A DNA stretch of 52,377 nucleotides, from positions 1 to 52,377 of the IMG/VR virus record IMGVR_UViG_3300032294_001087, one strand, 5' to 3'. Source of the DNA: a virus. Its lineage: Duplodnaviria; Caudoviricetes. Below are positions 28,019 to 38,396 of the stretch, piece after piece (position 1 is the stretch's first letter; each line of letters starts with the position of its first letter). The notes below the pieces were generated by a model. The model made no database searches, was not told the origin of the DNA, and saw nothing but the letters and a program-made list of their open reading frames with translations. The translations under genes were made by a program, and so were the position numbers.

Positions 28019-29587
28019 ATGGCGACAGCAAAAGGTACAGATTCAGTTCTCGTAAAGAAACCTCATACCCGCGAGAGTTTCACCGAAGAACAATTAAGAG
28101 AATTCGCAAAGTGCGCAGACCCTATCACAGGACCTGAATACTTTATGAGTAACTACTTCTACATACAACATCCTACTCGTGGACGTATGCTGTATGAACC
28201 ATTTGATTATCAGAAACGCTTGATACACACATATCATAATTATCGCTTCAGCATTTCACTAATGCCTCGGCAAACAGGTAAGTCTACTAGTGCCGCTGGT
28301 TACTTGTTATGGTACGCTATGTTTGTTGCCGACAGCACCATCCTAATTGCCGCACACAAATACACGGGCTCACAAGAAATCATGCAACGTATCCGTTACG
28401 CTTATGAAAGCGTGCCGGACTTTATACGTGCTGGTGCTGTGAGTTATAACAAAGGTAGCATTGACTTTGACAACGGTAGTAGGATTATATCAGCTACAAC
28501 CACTGAAAACACTGGTCGAGGTATGTCAATATCTCTATTATACGCAGATGAGTTTGCGTTCGTCCGTCCCACTATCGGTCGTGAGTTTTGGACTTCTATT
28601 AGCCCAACCTTAGCCACTGGTGGTAAGTGTATTATTACTTCAACCCCTAACAGCGACGAAGATCAGTTTGCTACTCTATGGAAAGGCGCTAACAAGTGTT
28701 TTGATGAGTTTGGTAATCCTACGGAAATCGGCATTAACGGGTTTAAAGCGTTCCGCTCTTATTGGAATGAACATCCAGATCGCGATGAAGCATGGGCAGT
28801 ACAGCAAAGAGCACAGCTAGGTGATGAACGTTTCCGCCGTGAGATGGACTGTGAATTCATCATCTGGGACGAAACCTTGATAAATCCTGGTCATCTAATA
28901 GAATTAGAAGGTATAGATCCTATGGAACGACAAGGACAGGTGCGTTGGTACAAACGTCCAGAGGCACAGTGTACCTATGTTGTAGCCTTAGATCCTAGCC
29001 TAGGTACTGGCGGTGATCCTGCAGGTATTCAGATATTTGAATTGCCTACATTTAGGCAAATAGGAGAGTGGCAACACAATCGCACACCTATCCAACAGCA
29101 AGTGGGTATTCTAACAGAAATCATCCGTTACTTAAATGAAACTGTGTCACAGACTAACATTTACTATAGCGTTGAAAATAACACTGTGGGTGAAGCAGCC
29201 TTGATCAGCATCAGCGAAATTGGCGAAGAAAATATCAAAGGTATTTTTCTAAGTGAGCCCAAACGTGTGGGCAGTGGTCGTAGATATCGTAGGGGGTTTA
29301 ATACCACAAACTCAACTAAAATTTCAGCTTGCGCCAAACTTAAAAATCTAATTGAAAGCAAACGCATGACCATTGTTAGTAAGCCTCTTATATCAGAGTT
29401 GAAAACGTTTGTAGCACACGGGTCCAGCTTTGCGGCAAAACCAGGTGAAACTGATGACCTAGTTATGGCCTTAGTTTTAGTGGTGCGTATGGCCATGCTG
29501 TTACAGAGTTTTGACAGCCAAATTGATTACACTATGAAGAACAGCCTCGAAGACATAATTGAGCCTATGCCTTTCTTCATGCTCTAA
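28019..29587 (+). CDS. gp17: Terminase large subunit (gp17-like)
   Basis: YQ motif, Walker A PRQTGKS, Walker B LLYADEFAF, ITSTPN, nuclease motifs ALDPS.G.GGD, VENN and DDLVMA. Confidence 0.97.
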   Translation: MATAKGTDSVLVKKPHTRESFTEEQLREFAKCADPITGPEYFMSNYFYIQHPTRGRMLYEPFDYQKRLIHTYHNYRFSISLMPRQTGKSTSAAGYLLWYAMFVADSTILIAAHKYTGSQEIMQRIRYAYESVPDFIRAGAVSYNKGSIDFDNGSRIISATTTENTGRGMSISLLYADEFAFVRPTIGREFWTSISPTLATGGKCIITSTPNSDEDQFATLWKGANKCFDEFGNPTEIGINGFKAFRSYWNEHPDRDEAWAVQQRAQLGDERFRREMDCEFIIWDETLINPGHLIELEGIDPMERQGQVRWYKRPEAQCTYVVALDPSLGTGGDPAGIQIFELPTFRQIGEWQHNRTPIQQQVGILTEIIRYLNETVSQTNIYYSVENNTVGEAALISISEIGEENIKGIFLSEPKRVGSGRRYRRGFNTTNSTKISACAKLKNLIESKRMTIVSKPLISELKTFVAHGSSFAAKPGETDDLVMALVLVVRMAMLLQSFDSQIDYTMKNSLEDIIEPMPFFML

Positions 29588-29588
29588 G

Positions 29589-29595
29589 ATAAATA
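29589..29595 (+). promoter_or_regulatory. T4-like late promoter
   Basis: ATAAATA 5 nt before ATG 29601. Confidence 0.7.
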
Positions 29596-29600
29596 ATGTT

Positions 29601-31784
29601 ATGAGAGAAATTAATAAAATTGCAGAAGGTCTATTTGAAAAAATCCGTGATCGATTTGAAGATGTAAGTTTAGGCGAAGAAAACGCAAACTCTACACAAA
29701 ATCCAGAAGACGCACGTTTTTTTAATTTTGATTACGTAATAGACGGAAACAACTACGGCAATATTACTATCAGTATTATTGATGAAACTAGTCTTAAAGT
29801 GTACTTTAGTAAAAATATCAGTAGCGAGTTAGAAGGAGAAAATCGAAAGCAATGGTATGGTTTTCTTAAAGAACTACGTGAATTTGCTAAACGTAACCTA
29901 CTTAGTTTTGAGCCGCGCGATATTACTCGTGCCACGCTCAAACATCGAGATATACAGCAAGTCAGTAAAGCAGACACAACTTATGATAAAAATGAAGTAA
30001 TAGGCGAAAGCCAACTTTACGGAACTAGACGATCAAGTTACGAAAATGATGGTCCTGTACGAATTATTATCCGACACAGTGATCAAATTGATCCAGAACG
30101 TAAAGGTGCACGTGCTCGTAAAATCCGTGCTATTTACTTAGAAAATTCCGATGGTGAGCGCCTTAAACTACCACATAACAGTCTACGGTATGCTCGGGCT
30201 ATGGCACGTCACTGTGCAGAAGGTGGCAGTATTAACGATGAGTTTGGTAACCACATAACAGAAATCGCAGAAGAATGCGGCAAACTAAAACCATTTAAAG
30301 CTGCAATGATTCGCCGTGTGTTTGAAGATGAAGAAACACATCGTATGGTAGAAGCAGCCTTCGAATATCATAGTTTGCTAAAAGATACACTGAATAAAAT
30401 GAGTGGACGCAAAGGTTACAGTCAATGTAAAGAACAATTTGTGCATACTAGCACCAGTTACATTCCGGAAGAAGATTTTGATGCAGACAGTCTTAAAGAA
30501 AGATTTGTAAAACGCACTTACAATGAACGCATGGACGATGCACTACCAATAGTATACAAGGCTTATAATATGAAAAAAACTAATAAAATGGCTGAAGCAT
30601 TTGAAAGCTGGGCAAATCGATTAGCAGAAGGTACATGGGCACTTCCAGATAGTGAAGATGAAGTCAATGAATTGATTGAATTGTTTGGTAATCCATTACC
30701 AGTGGGAGTCGATGCACAAAACGCTACTAACGCACTGTACAATCTCATAGGTGACGATAAATTGTTTGATCGCCTAGGAGAATTAGCTGAACAAGATCCA
30801 GAAGCAGATGCACGTGATGTGATCGCATATTGGTTACAAGATAATTTACCAAACATCTATCAACAGATTGCTAACGAAATTGGTGATCCTGATGTTCCGG
30901 CAGAACCAGCGGAAGTAGGAGATGAAGATTTACAAGTAGATGAAGGTAACACATACGGTGCAGGTAATGGCGGTATGGACGGCGTAGTATATGAAGATGA
31001 AACAGATCAAGATGACCTATTAGCAAATATTGAAACAATACAATCAGCAATTATCCGTAGAATCTTAAACAATATTAATGATCATAGCGAGTTACTTAAG
31101 AAAGCAGGCCCGGAAGGTATTATGAATGCTGCAAGTGATGTAGCATCATTCCACGCACCAATGGAAGAAATAGGCTCAAGCGATATTAGTATCATGGTCC
31201 GCGAAGTATACAATGAAGCAGGTGTAGAATATCCAGAAATGCATGAAGCCAAAGACAAAGTAACATACGACCCAAAAACAGGCAAATTAACAGGTTGGGA
31301 ACACGAAGGTGATTGGAAAAAACGAACTAAGAAGAAAGATCCTGTTGGTAAGATCCATCATATGAGCGATGTTGCCCGCAGACAAACAGAAAAGATGGCA
31401 GATAAGACATTAGAAGAAGCATTTGAAAAATTAGTAAATGAAGCGGCAATTAATGTAGGTGATATGATTAAAGATAAAACTCAACCAGAAATCCAAGGCA
31501 AAGTAGTAGGTGACATGGAAGAAAATTATACTATACAAGTTGATGACGATATATATCATATTAAAAAATTAAATGCAGAAAAGGTAGCCAAAGAAGCGAT
31601 AGAAATGCCAGATAATCCTGATTATAGCAAATATGATGAACCCACATTCAAAAGACAGCAACCAAAAATTGATAAGAAACTACCTGGATGGGCGGGATAC
31701 GATTTAGATAAACCTGCTTTCCAACGAAAAGCACAATACGAAAAAGAAAGAGAACAACTTAAAAAATTAGCAGGCTTAAAATAA
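29601..31784 (+). CDS. Large acidic late protein of unknown function, possibly head-associated
   Basis: Start placed at ATG 29601 (MREINKIAE). Modular acidic C-terminal half with x-x-E sites, ends LKKLAGLK. Confidence 0.65.
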   Translation: MREINKIAEGLFEKIRDRFEDVSLGEENANSTQNPEDARFFNFDYVIDGNNYGNITISIIDETSLKVYFSKNISSELEGENRKQWYGFLKELREFAKRNLLSFEPRDITRATLKHRDIQQVSKADTTYDKNEVIGESQLYGTRRSSYENDGPVRIIIRHSDQIDPERKGARARKIRAIYLENSDGERLKLPHNSLRYARAMARHCAEGGSINDEFGNHITEIAEECGKLKPFKAAMIRRVFEDEETHRMVEAAFEYHSLLKDTLNKMSGRKGYSQCKEQFVHTSTSYIPEEDFDADSLKERFVKRTYNERMDDALPIVYKAYNMKKTNKMAEAFESWANRLAEGTWALPDSEDEVNELIELFGNPLPVGVDAQNATNALYNLIGDDKLFDRLGELAEQDPEADARDVIAYWLQDNLPNIYQQIANEIGDPDVPAEPAEVGDEDLQVDEGNTYGAGNGGMDGVVYEDETDQDDLLANIETIQSAIIRRILNNINDHSELLKKAGPEGIMNAASDVASFHAPMEEIGSSDISIMVREVYNEAGVEYPEMHEAKDKVTYDPKTGKLTGWEHEGDWKKRTKKKDPVGKIHHMSDVARRQTEKMADKTLEEAFEKLVNEAAINVGDMIKDKTQPEIQGKVVGDMEENYTIQVDDDIYHIKKLNAEKVAKEAIEMPDNPDYSKYDEPTFKRQQPKIDKKLPGWAGYDLDKPAFQRKAQYEKEREQLKKLAGLK

Positions 31785-31803
31785 GATCCCCCAGACTGGG
31801 ATG

Positions 31804-31831
31804 AAAGGCACTTTTATAGTGCCTTTTTTTT
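31804..31831 (+). terminator. Rho-independent terminator
   Basis: AAAGGCACT-tttat-AGTGCCTTT followed by a T run. Confidence 0.9.
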
Positions 31832-31848
31832 AATAAAAATTTATCGAT

Positions 31849-32820
31849 ATGTATCAAATAACAGAAAATCAAATTGAGTTTGATATGTGCGTAGGCATAT
31901 CTAAATACTACATTTGGCAATTACACCCAACAATAATACAAGATATAATAAACAAATTTTATACTAATCAAACCATTGTGTTTAATTTTAGAGATGGTGA
32001 GAATTTATATTTGTCGGGTGCCTTAGAGGTAATAAAATTAACTCAGCAGTTTTTTAAAATTCCAAAAGAAAAATTAATAATATTAAGTCATGATACAATT
32101 GATATCCCGTATGCAACATGTAAAAAACATCATAAGATGTTTTTGTCCACAGGATCAAAATTTATACAACCTATAAACAACAAAGAATTTGACAAAAAAT
32201 TTTTGTGCTTGCTGGGCAGAATAGACATATTCAGATTAAAAATGGCCATGTATTTACATGCACAGCATAAAGACAGTACGTTACTAAGTTTTCGTCCAAA
32301 ATATAGTCATGCCCACTGGTATTTTTCTCATGTTTCTAATTTATATTTTGATGAATTAGAGTGGATTAAAAATCATTCTCCTATACTTGTAGATGAATTA
32401 ACAGCAATAAACGATGCAGGATCATGTAATTGGGTAGAATCAGTAAACACTGTAGGAAAATACGCTAGTAGATATTTTTTAGAGATAGTTATAGAAACAG
32501 ACATATATAATCCAGAATGGATAACAGAAAAAACAGTTAGATCTCTTGCATTGGGTAAACCTTTTATATTATTTTCAGGTACAGGTGCTTTAGCATACTT
32601 ACAAAATTTAGAATTTAAAACATTTTCTCCTTGGATTAACGAACAGTATGACCAAATAGTAAATCCGTTTGAACGCTTTAATGCTATACAGCAAGAGATT
32701 GATAGGTTAGCGGCAATGTCGAATGATGAATTAAAAAATATAGCTGACTGTTTACAATCTACAGTAGAACATAACCAACATATCCTTAGATCAAAAAATT
32801 GGCAAAAAATTCCCTTGTAA
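31849..32820 (+). CDS. Glycosyltransferase-like protein (GT-B, GT10/exostosin-like C-terminus)
   Basis: KFLCLLGR...R, IVIET.....ITEKT.RSL..GKPFI and GF/EFKTF..WINE.YD motifs. Visibly AT-rich. Confidence 0.5.
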   Translation: MYQITENQIEFDMCVGISKYYIWQLHPTIIQDIINKFYTNQTIVFNFRDGENLYLSGALEVIKLTQQFFKIPKEKLIILSHDTIDIPYATCKKHHKMFLSTGSKFIQPINNKEFDKKFLCLLGRIDIFRLKMAMYLHAQHKDSTLLSFRPKYSHAHWYFSHVSNLYFDELEWIKNHSPILVDELTAINDAGSCNWVESVNTVGKYASRYFLEIVIETDIYNPEWITEKTVRSLALGKPFILFSGTGALAYLQNLEFKTFSPWINEQYDQIVNPFERFNAIQQEIDRLAAMSNDELKNIADCLQSTVEHNQHILRSKNWQKIPL

Positions 32821-32821
32821 G

Positions 32822-32828
32822 ATAAATA
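32822..32828 (+). promoter_or_regulatory. T4-like late promoter
   Basis: ATAAATA upstream of the ssb gene. Confidence 0.55.
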
Positions 32829-32904
32829 ATAGTAGCGTATTATGTTATTATGCATATACGTTATAGGCATATTAAAGACCATCTTAAACAAGGAGAAATA
32901 CATT

Positions 32905-33915
32905 ATGGCAACATCATTAGCAGAAATCCGTGCAAAATTACAAGCACAAGAAACACGCAGTTCAGGTAACAATTCACAAACAGGTGGCGACAACGCTATC
33001 TACGCACACTGGAATATCCAAGAAGGCACAAACGCTCGCATTAGATTCCTTCCAGACGCAGATCCAAAAAACACATTCTTCTGGGTAGAACGTTTAATGA
33101 TTAACTTACCATTTGCTGGTGTTAAAGGTCAAGCAGATAGTAAACCAGTCACAGTTCAAGTACCATGCGTTGAAATGTATGGTGAAGCATGTCCAGTACT
33201 TGCAGAAGTACGCACATGGTTTAAAGATTCATCATTGGAAGAAATGGGTCGTAAGTATTGGAAAAAGAAATCATACTTATTCCAAGGTTTCGTGCGTGAG
33301 AACCCTTTAACTGATGACAAGACACCAGAAAACCCAATTCGCAGATTTATTATCAGTCCGCAAATTTTTAACTTAGTTAAATCAGCCTTGCTTGATCCTG
33401 AGTTAGAAAACCTTCCAACAGACTATCAAGGTGGTTTAGACTTTACAGTTACTAAAACATCAAAAGGTGGTTATGCTGATTACTCAACAAGTAAATGGTC
33501 ACGCAAAGAATCTGCACTAACAGCAGAAGAAGCTGCGGCTATTGAAACTCATGGCTTGTATAATCTTAGCGATTTCCTTCCTAAGAAACCAAGTGATGTT
33601 GAACTTAAAGTGATCAAAGAAATGTTTGAAGCATCGGTAGATGGTCAAGCATATGACGCAGATCGTTGGGGTAACTACTACAAACCAAGAGGTGTTAATG
33701 TGGTTGTAGCTAATGCTCCGGCAGCGGCGCCAGCAAGTGCTCCTACAGCAACCGTAGATGGTCATGGTGATGTTCATGACGTTGAAGATACTCCGGCAGT
33801 TGCAGAAGTAGCACCGGCGGCTCCTACAGCACCAGTAGCAACACCTCCAGCAGGTGGTACAGCACGTGCTGAAGACATCTTAGCGATGATCCGCAATCGC
33901 CAAAAAACATCCTAA
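32905..33915 (+). CDS. gp32: Single-stranded DNA-binding protein (gp32-like)
   Basis: IRFLP, C......CPV, G.DF...KT.KGGYADYS.S.W motifs and an A/P-rich tail. SD AAGGAG supports ATG 32905. Confidence 0.88.
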   Translation: MATSLAEIRAKLQAQETRSSGNNSQTGGDNAIYAHWNIQEGTNARIRFLPDADPKNTFFWVERLMINLPFAGVKGQADSKPVTVQVPCVEMYGEACPVLAEVRTWFKDSSLEEMGRKYWKKKSYLFQGFVRENPLTDDKTPENPIRRFIISPQIFNLVKSALLDPELENLPTDYQGGLDFTVTKTSKGGYADYSTSKWSRKESALTAEEAAAIETHGLYNLSDFLPKKPSDVELKVIKEMFEASVDGQAYDADRWGNYYKPRGVNVVVANAPAAAPASAPTATVDGHGDVHDVEDTPAVAEVAPAAPTAPVATPPAGGTARAEDILAMIRNRQKTS

Positions 33916-33927
33916 GTAGTAAACTAG

Positions 33928-34560
33928 ATGTTAAGTAGGTTAGATGATATAATCTTTCCTAACCGATGTGAAGTTATAGAAATAGAAGCTTCACATCGGT
34001 ACATCTACCCCATCTTTAAAAATGGTAGTAGTAGTTTTTACGAGTATGCTCATCGGAATAACTGCAAGATATTATTAAATAATCAAATCACACGTATACC
34101 GATAGTAGATATTGTTCTGCGTGATCCTATGCAGAGATTTCTATCTGGAATTAATACCTATGTCTATAATACCAAACGTGATAACCCACAATTGGACGTA
34201 GATACTATTATATACTTTGCCGAAAAATATTTGTTTTTAAATAGACACTATGCTCCTCAACTAAGTTGGATTGTTAATTTATCCAAATATATAAACAAGA
34301 ATACCAGCTTATGCTTACATGATATGACTGTGATAAGTAAGTTTATTAATATATCAATTAAACCGGAAGAAACAAACATGCTGTCGGCTGAAGTATTAGA
34401 CCGACTAAAGAATAATTTACATAATGAAATGTATCAACGCTTAGACTATTATCTATTAGAAATGATAGGTCAGGAAGTTACATTCAGTGAGATATTAGCC
34501 TACTTACACGCTCAAGACCCAATAGCATATTCAAAATTAAAATGCACTGCCCTAGACTAG
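33928..34560 (+). CDS. Sulfotransferase-like protein (Sulfotransfer_2-like)
   Basis: IFKNGSSS (5'-PSB-like), LRDP..RF.SG (3'-PB-like) and H..PQ motifs. Confidence 0.6.
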   Translation: MLSRLDDIIFPNRCEVIEIEASHRYIYPIFKNGSSSFYEYAHRNNCKILLNNQITRIPIVDIVLRDPMQRFLSGINTYVYNTKRDNPQLDVDTIIYFAEKYLFLNRHYAPQLSWIVNLSKYINKNTSLCLHDMTVISKFINISIKPEETNMLSAEVLDRLKNNLHNEMYQRLDYYLLEMIGQEVTFSEILAYLHAQDPIAYSKLKCTALD

Positions 34561-35426
34561 AACATTTCGTTAGATTAAACTCAGATGGCACCGTCGGCCG
34601 TTGTGGCCATATGGCAAACGCACCAAGGTTTAATTCACTTGAAGAAATGGATAGAAGTATTTGGTTACACGACATTAAATTATCTATGCACAGAGACATC
34701 TGGCCTGAGGAATGTATCAGATGTAAAGAGACTGAAGCAATTAATCAAACCAGTATTAGATTGAATGCCATCGAATTTGACAAAATTCAAAAAAAATCAG
34801 ATTATCTGTCGGTGGGCGGGGTACTTGATAATATATGTAACAGCGCATGTCTGACCTGTAACGAAAATTTAAGCACACTAATTGGCGGATTAAAAAGTAA
34901 AACATATACGATTGTGGACAATTCTAGTAAATTTTGGGAGTTACCTTTGGATAGGGTAGTACACCTAGACATCAACGGTGGAGAACCTAGCTATAGTAAA
35001 AACTATAAACATATACTGGCAAACTTGCCTAAGAATATAAAAAGTATTAGACTTAATACAAACTGTAGCACAGTCTTAGAAGAACTGTGGCCGCTGTGTG
35101 AACGCGGTGTACAGATTACTGTAACAGTTAGCCTTGATGGTATCGGACCCGTGCATGACCTAGTGCGTTGGCCTATCAAATGGGACAAGTTTTATGCTAA
35201 TCTACAGCGATACATGGAAATGCCTATAAAATTAAACACTTGGACCACGGTTAGTGTGCTGAATGTAAATGACTTACCTAACATACTAGAGTTTGTTAAA
35301 CTACATAATTTAGATCACAGCTATGCGTATCTTAAAGAACCATCAGAACTGGCGGTCGAAAATAAAGATACTCCGGAGTCTCTAGCATACATACAAGAAC
35401 AAACGCGATTAAGAGGTATAGAATGA
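34542..35426 (+). CDS. Radical SAM protein with an N-terminal twitch/SPASM-like segment
   Basis: CNSACLTC (CxxxCxxC), GGEP, TN and VSLDG motifs. N-terminal C...DG.V..C...C..C. Confidence 0.85.
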   Translation: MHCPRLEHFVRLNSDGTVGRCGHMANAPRFNSLEEMDRSIWLHDIKLSMHRDIWPEECIRCKETEAINQTSIRLNAIEFDKIQKKSDYLSVGGVLDNICNSACLTCNENLSTLIGGLKSKTYTIVDNSSKFWELPLDRVVHLDINGGEPSYSKNYKHILANLPKNIKSIRLNTNCSTVLEELWPLCERGVQITVTVSLDGIGPVHDLVRWPIKWDKFYANLQRYMEMPIKLNTWTTVSVLNVNDLPNILEFVKLHNLDHSYAYLKEPSELAVENKDTPESLAYIQEQTRLRGIE

Positions 35427-35974
35427 AAGCCTATGTAGAAATAGAGTGCGAAGATTTAGATATTATCCAATCTAAAATTTACAATTTTTTATTAAATGAC
35501 ACAGATTTAATATCATCCAAGGCAAAAAATTGGCAATTTTTAGATACTGAGAAATTAATAACAAGTATACCTGAACTGGTTAAATTTTTTCTTAAAAATA
35601 AATTATATGTTCAAAATGCCTCAGTGACACTGCTTTATGAAGATTTACCATTACATGTAGATACACTACCAATGATAGCTAAAATTAATATTCCTATTAA
35701 AAATACCCAAGGCTGGGTAAATAGGTGGTATGAATATAATGAGGATATAGCTAAATTATCTAGAACAAAAAATCAATTTGATAATGAACAAGAAGATGTT
35801 AGTGAGCTAGATGAATCTAAATTAAAACTAAAATCAGAAATATATGATTTAACTAAACCTATAGTTTTCCATTCAAGAATACCACACAGTGTTATAAAAT
35901 TAACAGCAACAGAACTACCAAGAATAGTAGCAAGTTTTACTTTTGTAAACCAACCATTGGACTTGTTACAATGA
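35423..35974 (+). CDS. 2OG-Fe(II) oxygenase/cupin-like protein
   Basis: LHVD (HxD), INIPI.N and PHSV.....PR...SF motifs. Visibly AT-rich. Confidence 0.6.
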   Translation: MKAYVEIECEDLDIIQSKIYNFLLNDTDLISSKAKNWQFLDTEKLITSIPELVKFFLKNKLYVQNASVTLLYEDLPLHVDTLPMIAKINIPIKNTQGWVNRWYEYNEDIAKLSRTKNQFDNEQEDVSELDESKLKLKSEIYDLTKPIVFHSRIPHSVIKLTATELPRIVASFTFVNQPLDLLQ

Positions 35975-36462
35975 AAATAGCGATCACCGGACACAGCGCA
36001 GGTATTGGACAAGCACTTGCTAGTATATACGAAGAAAATGGTCACGAAGTGATTGGACTTAGCCGACGCAACGGATACAATATACGCAGTCTACCTAAAG
36101 TAGCCGGTATGATAGAACCTTGCGATATGTTCGTTAATAATGCACAAGTTGGCTTCGCACAAACAGAATTATTATTTGAAGTATGGCGCCGTTGGCGAGG
36201 ACAACAGAAATATATTGTAAATGTTGGTACACAGATGACTGATATGTTACTTCCACCTAAAGAGGAATGGGATGAATATATCATACAGAAAAAAGCCTTG
36301 GACTTAGCAACACAGTTGTTAGAACATCGTAGTGAGTGGCCAAGATTATTATTAGTTAGACCGGGTAGTATTGCAACACAACCAGGACAAACACTGCCAG
36401 ACTACATGGATGTCGACGAATATGCTCAAGGAGTAATAGAGTGGATAGCAAAGAATATTTAA
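35971..36462 (+). CDS. Short-chain dehydrogenase/reductase, compact
   Basis: TGHSAGIG, NNA and YIIQK (YxxxK) motifs. Confidence 0.85.
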   Translation: MKIAITGHSAGIGQALASIYEENGHEVIGLSRRNGYNIRSLPKVAGMIEPCDMFVNNAQVGFAQTELLFEVWRRWRGQQKYIVNVGTQMTDMLLPPKEEWDEYIIQKKALDLATQLLEHRSEWPRLLLVRPGSIATQPGQTLPDYMDVDEYAQGVIEWIAKNI

Positions 36463-36485
36463 TTAGTCAAAATTAGAATTTTTAC

Positions 36486-36514
36486 TTGAAAAAGTTTGAA
36501 CAAAATGTTACAAT
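36486..36514 (+). promoter_or_regulatory. Sigma70 promoter
   Basis: TTGAAA-N17-TACAAT with extended TG. Confidence 0.65.
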
Positions 36515-36586
36515 GCATAAAGATATCTATAAAAATAATGAAACAATATTTACAGAATTACGTAATTTAACAGAGGACAAATAATT

Positions 36587-37702
36587 ATGGCAAAACCATT
36601 CGATATATCAAAATTTAGAAAGTCAATTACAAAGTCTATAGATGGCTTAGGTATTGGCTTTAACGATCCAACAGATTGGATCTCAACAGGCAACTACACA
36701 TTAAACTATCTACTCAGCGGGGATTTTAACAAAGGTATTCCGATGGGTAAAGTAACTGTGTTTGCAGGTGAATCAGGGGCAGGTAAAAGTTTTATCTGTT
36801 CAGGTAATATTGTACGTCATGCACAAGAACAAGGCATCTATGTAATCTTAATTGATACAGAAAACGCACTCGACGAAGCATGGTTACACGCACTTGGTGT
36901 GGACACTAGCGAAGAAAAACTACTTAAACTTAACATGGCTATGATTGATGACGTGGCTAAAGTTATCAGTGACTTTGTTAAAGAATACAAAACATTACCT
37001 GCAGAAGAACGTCCAAAAGTATTATTTGTACTTGACTCACTAGGCATGATGTTAACTCCAACAGACGTTAATCAGTTTGAAGCAGGTGAAATGAAAGGTG
37101 ATATGGGTCGTAAACCTAAAGCACTTACAGCACTTGTACGTAACTGTGTAAACATGTTTGGTACACTAAACTTAGGCTTAGTGGCAACTAACCACACTTA
37201 CGCAAGCCAAGATATGTTTGACCCAGATGATAAAATTTCAGGTGGTCAAGGCTTTATTTACGCATCAAGTATCGTTGTAGCTATGCGCAAACTTAAACTT
37301 AAAACAGACGCTGACGGTAATAAGACTACAACAGTTAACGGTATCCGTGCTGCTTGTAAGATTATGAAAACTCGTTATGCTAAACCTTTTGAATCAGTGC
37401 AGGTAGAGATTCCATATGAAACTGGTATGAGTCCATATTCAGGTATGGTAGACATGTTAGAAGCCAAGAGCTTGCTGTCAAAAGAAGGCAACAGTTTAGT
37501 CTACAAGTTCACCGACGGCACCACTATTAAACAATTCCGTAAAGCATGGGAACGCAACGAAGATAATAGTTTAGACAAAGTTATGAAAGAACTTAGTTCT
37601 AATGCTAAATTATTAAATGTAGAATCATCAGTCATTGAAGGCAGTAACGAAGTTGAAGTAATCAAAGAGGTTAAAGTTTCTATCAAGGAGACAGCAGAAT
37701 GA
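36587..37702 (+). CDS. uvsX: RecA-like recombinase (UvsX)
   Basis: GESGAGKS, IDTENA, VLDSLG, TNHTY and SGG.G..YASS motifs. Confidence 0.95.
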   Translation: MAKPFDISKFRKSITKSIDGLGIGFNDPTDWISTGNYTLNYLLSGDFNKGIPMGKVTVFAGESGAGKSFICSGNIVRHAQEQGIYVILIDTENALDEAWLHALGVDTSEEKLLKLNMAMIDDVAKVISDFVKEYKTLPAEERPKVLFVLDSLGMMLTPTDVNQFEAGEMKGDMGRKPKALTALVRNCVNMFGTLNLGLVATNHTYASQDMFDPDDKISGGQGFIYASSIVVAMRKLKLKTDADGNKTTTVNGIRAACKIMKTRYAKPFESVQVEIPYETGMSPYSGMVDMLEAKSLLSKEGNSLVYKFTDGTTIKQFRKAWERNEDNSLDKVMKELSSNAKLLNVESSVIEGSNEVEVIKEVKVSIKETAE

Positions 37703-37941
37703 GTATTGAATTAGATGCATTAGGCGAAGTTTGGCTTACTTGTAAAGAGTATATTGCTCCTAAAGACCGCCAGGCAGCCGCAGATCACGTATTATCAATC
37801 GTAGCAGATCATAACATAGTCGAACGTGATCTCAAGGCATTTGCTGGTACAGACAGCTATCTTAAACGGGCCTTAACAGAATATCTAGGTGAAGACGAAG
37901 TTGAAGAAGCTGACTATGATGACGAGGATGAAGATTATTAA
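37699..37941 (+). CDS. Small acidic hypothetical protein
   Basis: SD AAGGAG, ATGA overlap, acidic tail. Confidence 0.75.
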   Translation: MSIELDALGEVWLTCKEYIAPKDRQAAADHVLSIVADHNIVERDLKAFAGTDSYLKRALTEYLGEDEVEEADYDDEDEDY

Positions 37942-38396
37942 TGTGGTATAGCCGCGTAGTAGCAAGTTTAGGTAGTATTCCTGATTTCATACAACATTAT
38001 GAACGGGAATTAGATGAAGCACGAAAGGAAGTGGGAGTCTATGGTAACATAGAAAAGAATCTTGCTGGCCTGCCCGGAATTACAGAACGACGTTTCAATC
38101 AGCTACAAGAGATCGAAGCAGTTCTTAATTACCTCAACATTCAGTTAAGAAAAATACGCAAGAAACACTTCCAGAAGTATCTAGAAGGATACGCTCGTGC
38201 TTTAACATCTAGAGACGCAGAAAAATATGTTGATGGTGAAGACGAAGTTATTGACTTTGAAACGATCATCAATGAAGTAGCATTATTGCGCAACAAATGG
38301 TTGGGTATTATGAAAGGTCTTGAAAGCAAGAACTTCATGCTAGGACACGTTACACGCTTAAGAACAGCTGGTATGGAGGACGCATCGATTGGCTAG
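37941..38396 (+). CDS. uvsY: Recombination mediator UvsY-like
   Basis: Helical 151 aa near uvsX, KY..Y...L...D..KYVDGE and K.L..K.F.L....RLR.AG motifs. Confidence 0.75.
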   Translation: MWYSRVVASLGSIPDFIQHYERELDEARKEVGVYGNIEKNLAGLPGITERRFNQLQEIEAVLNYLNIQLRKIRKKHFQKYLEGYARALTSRDAEKYVDGEDEVIDFETIINEVALLRNKWLGIMKGLESKNFMLGHVTRLRTAGMEDASIG

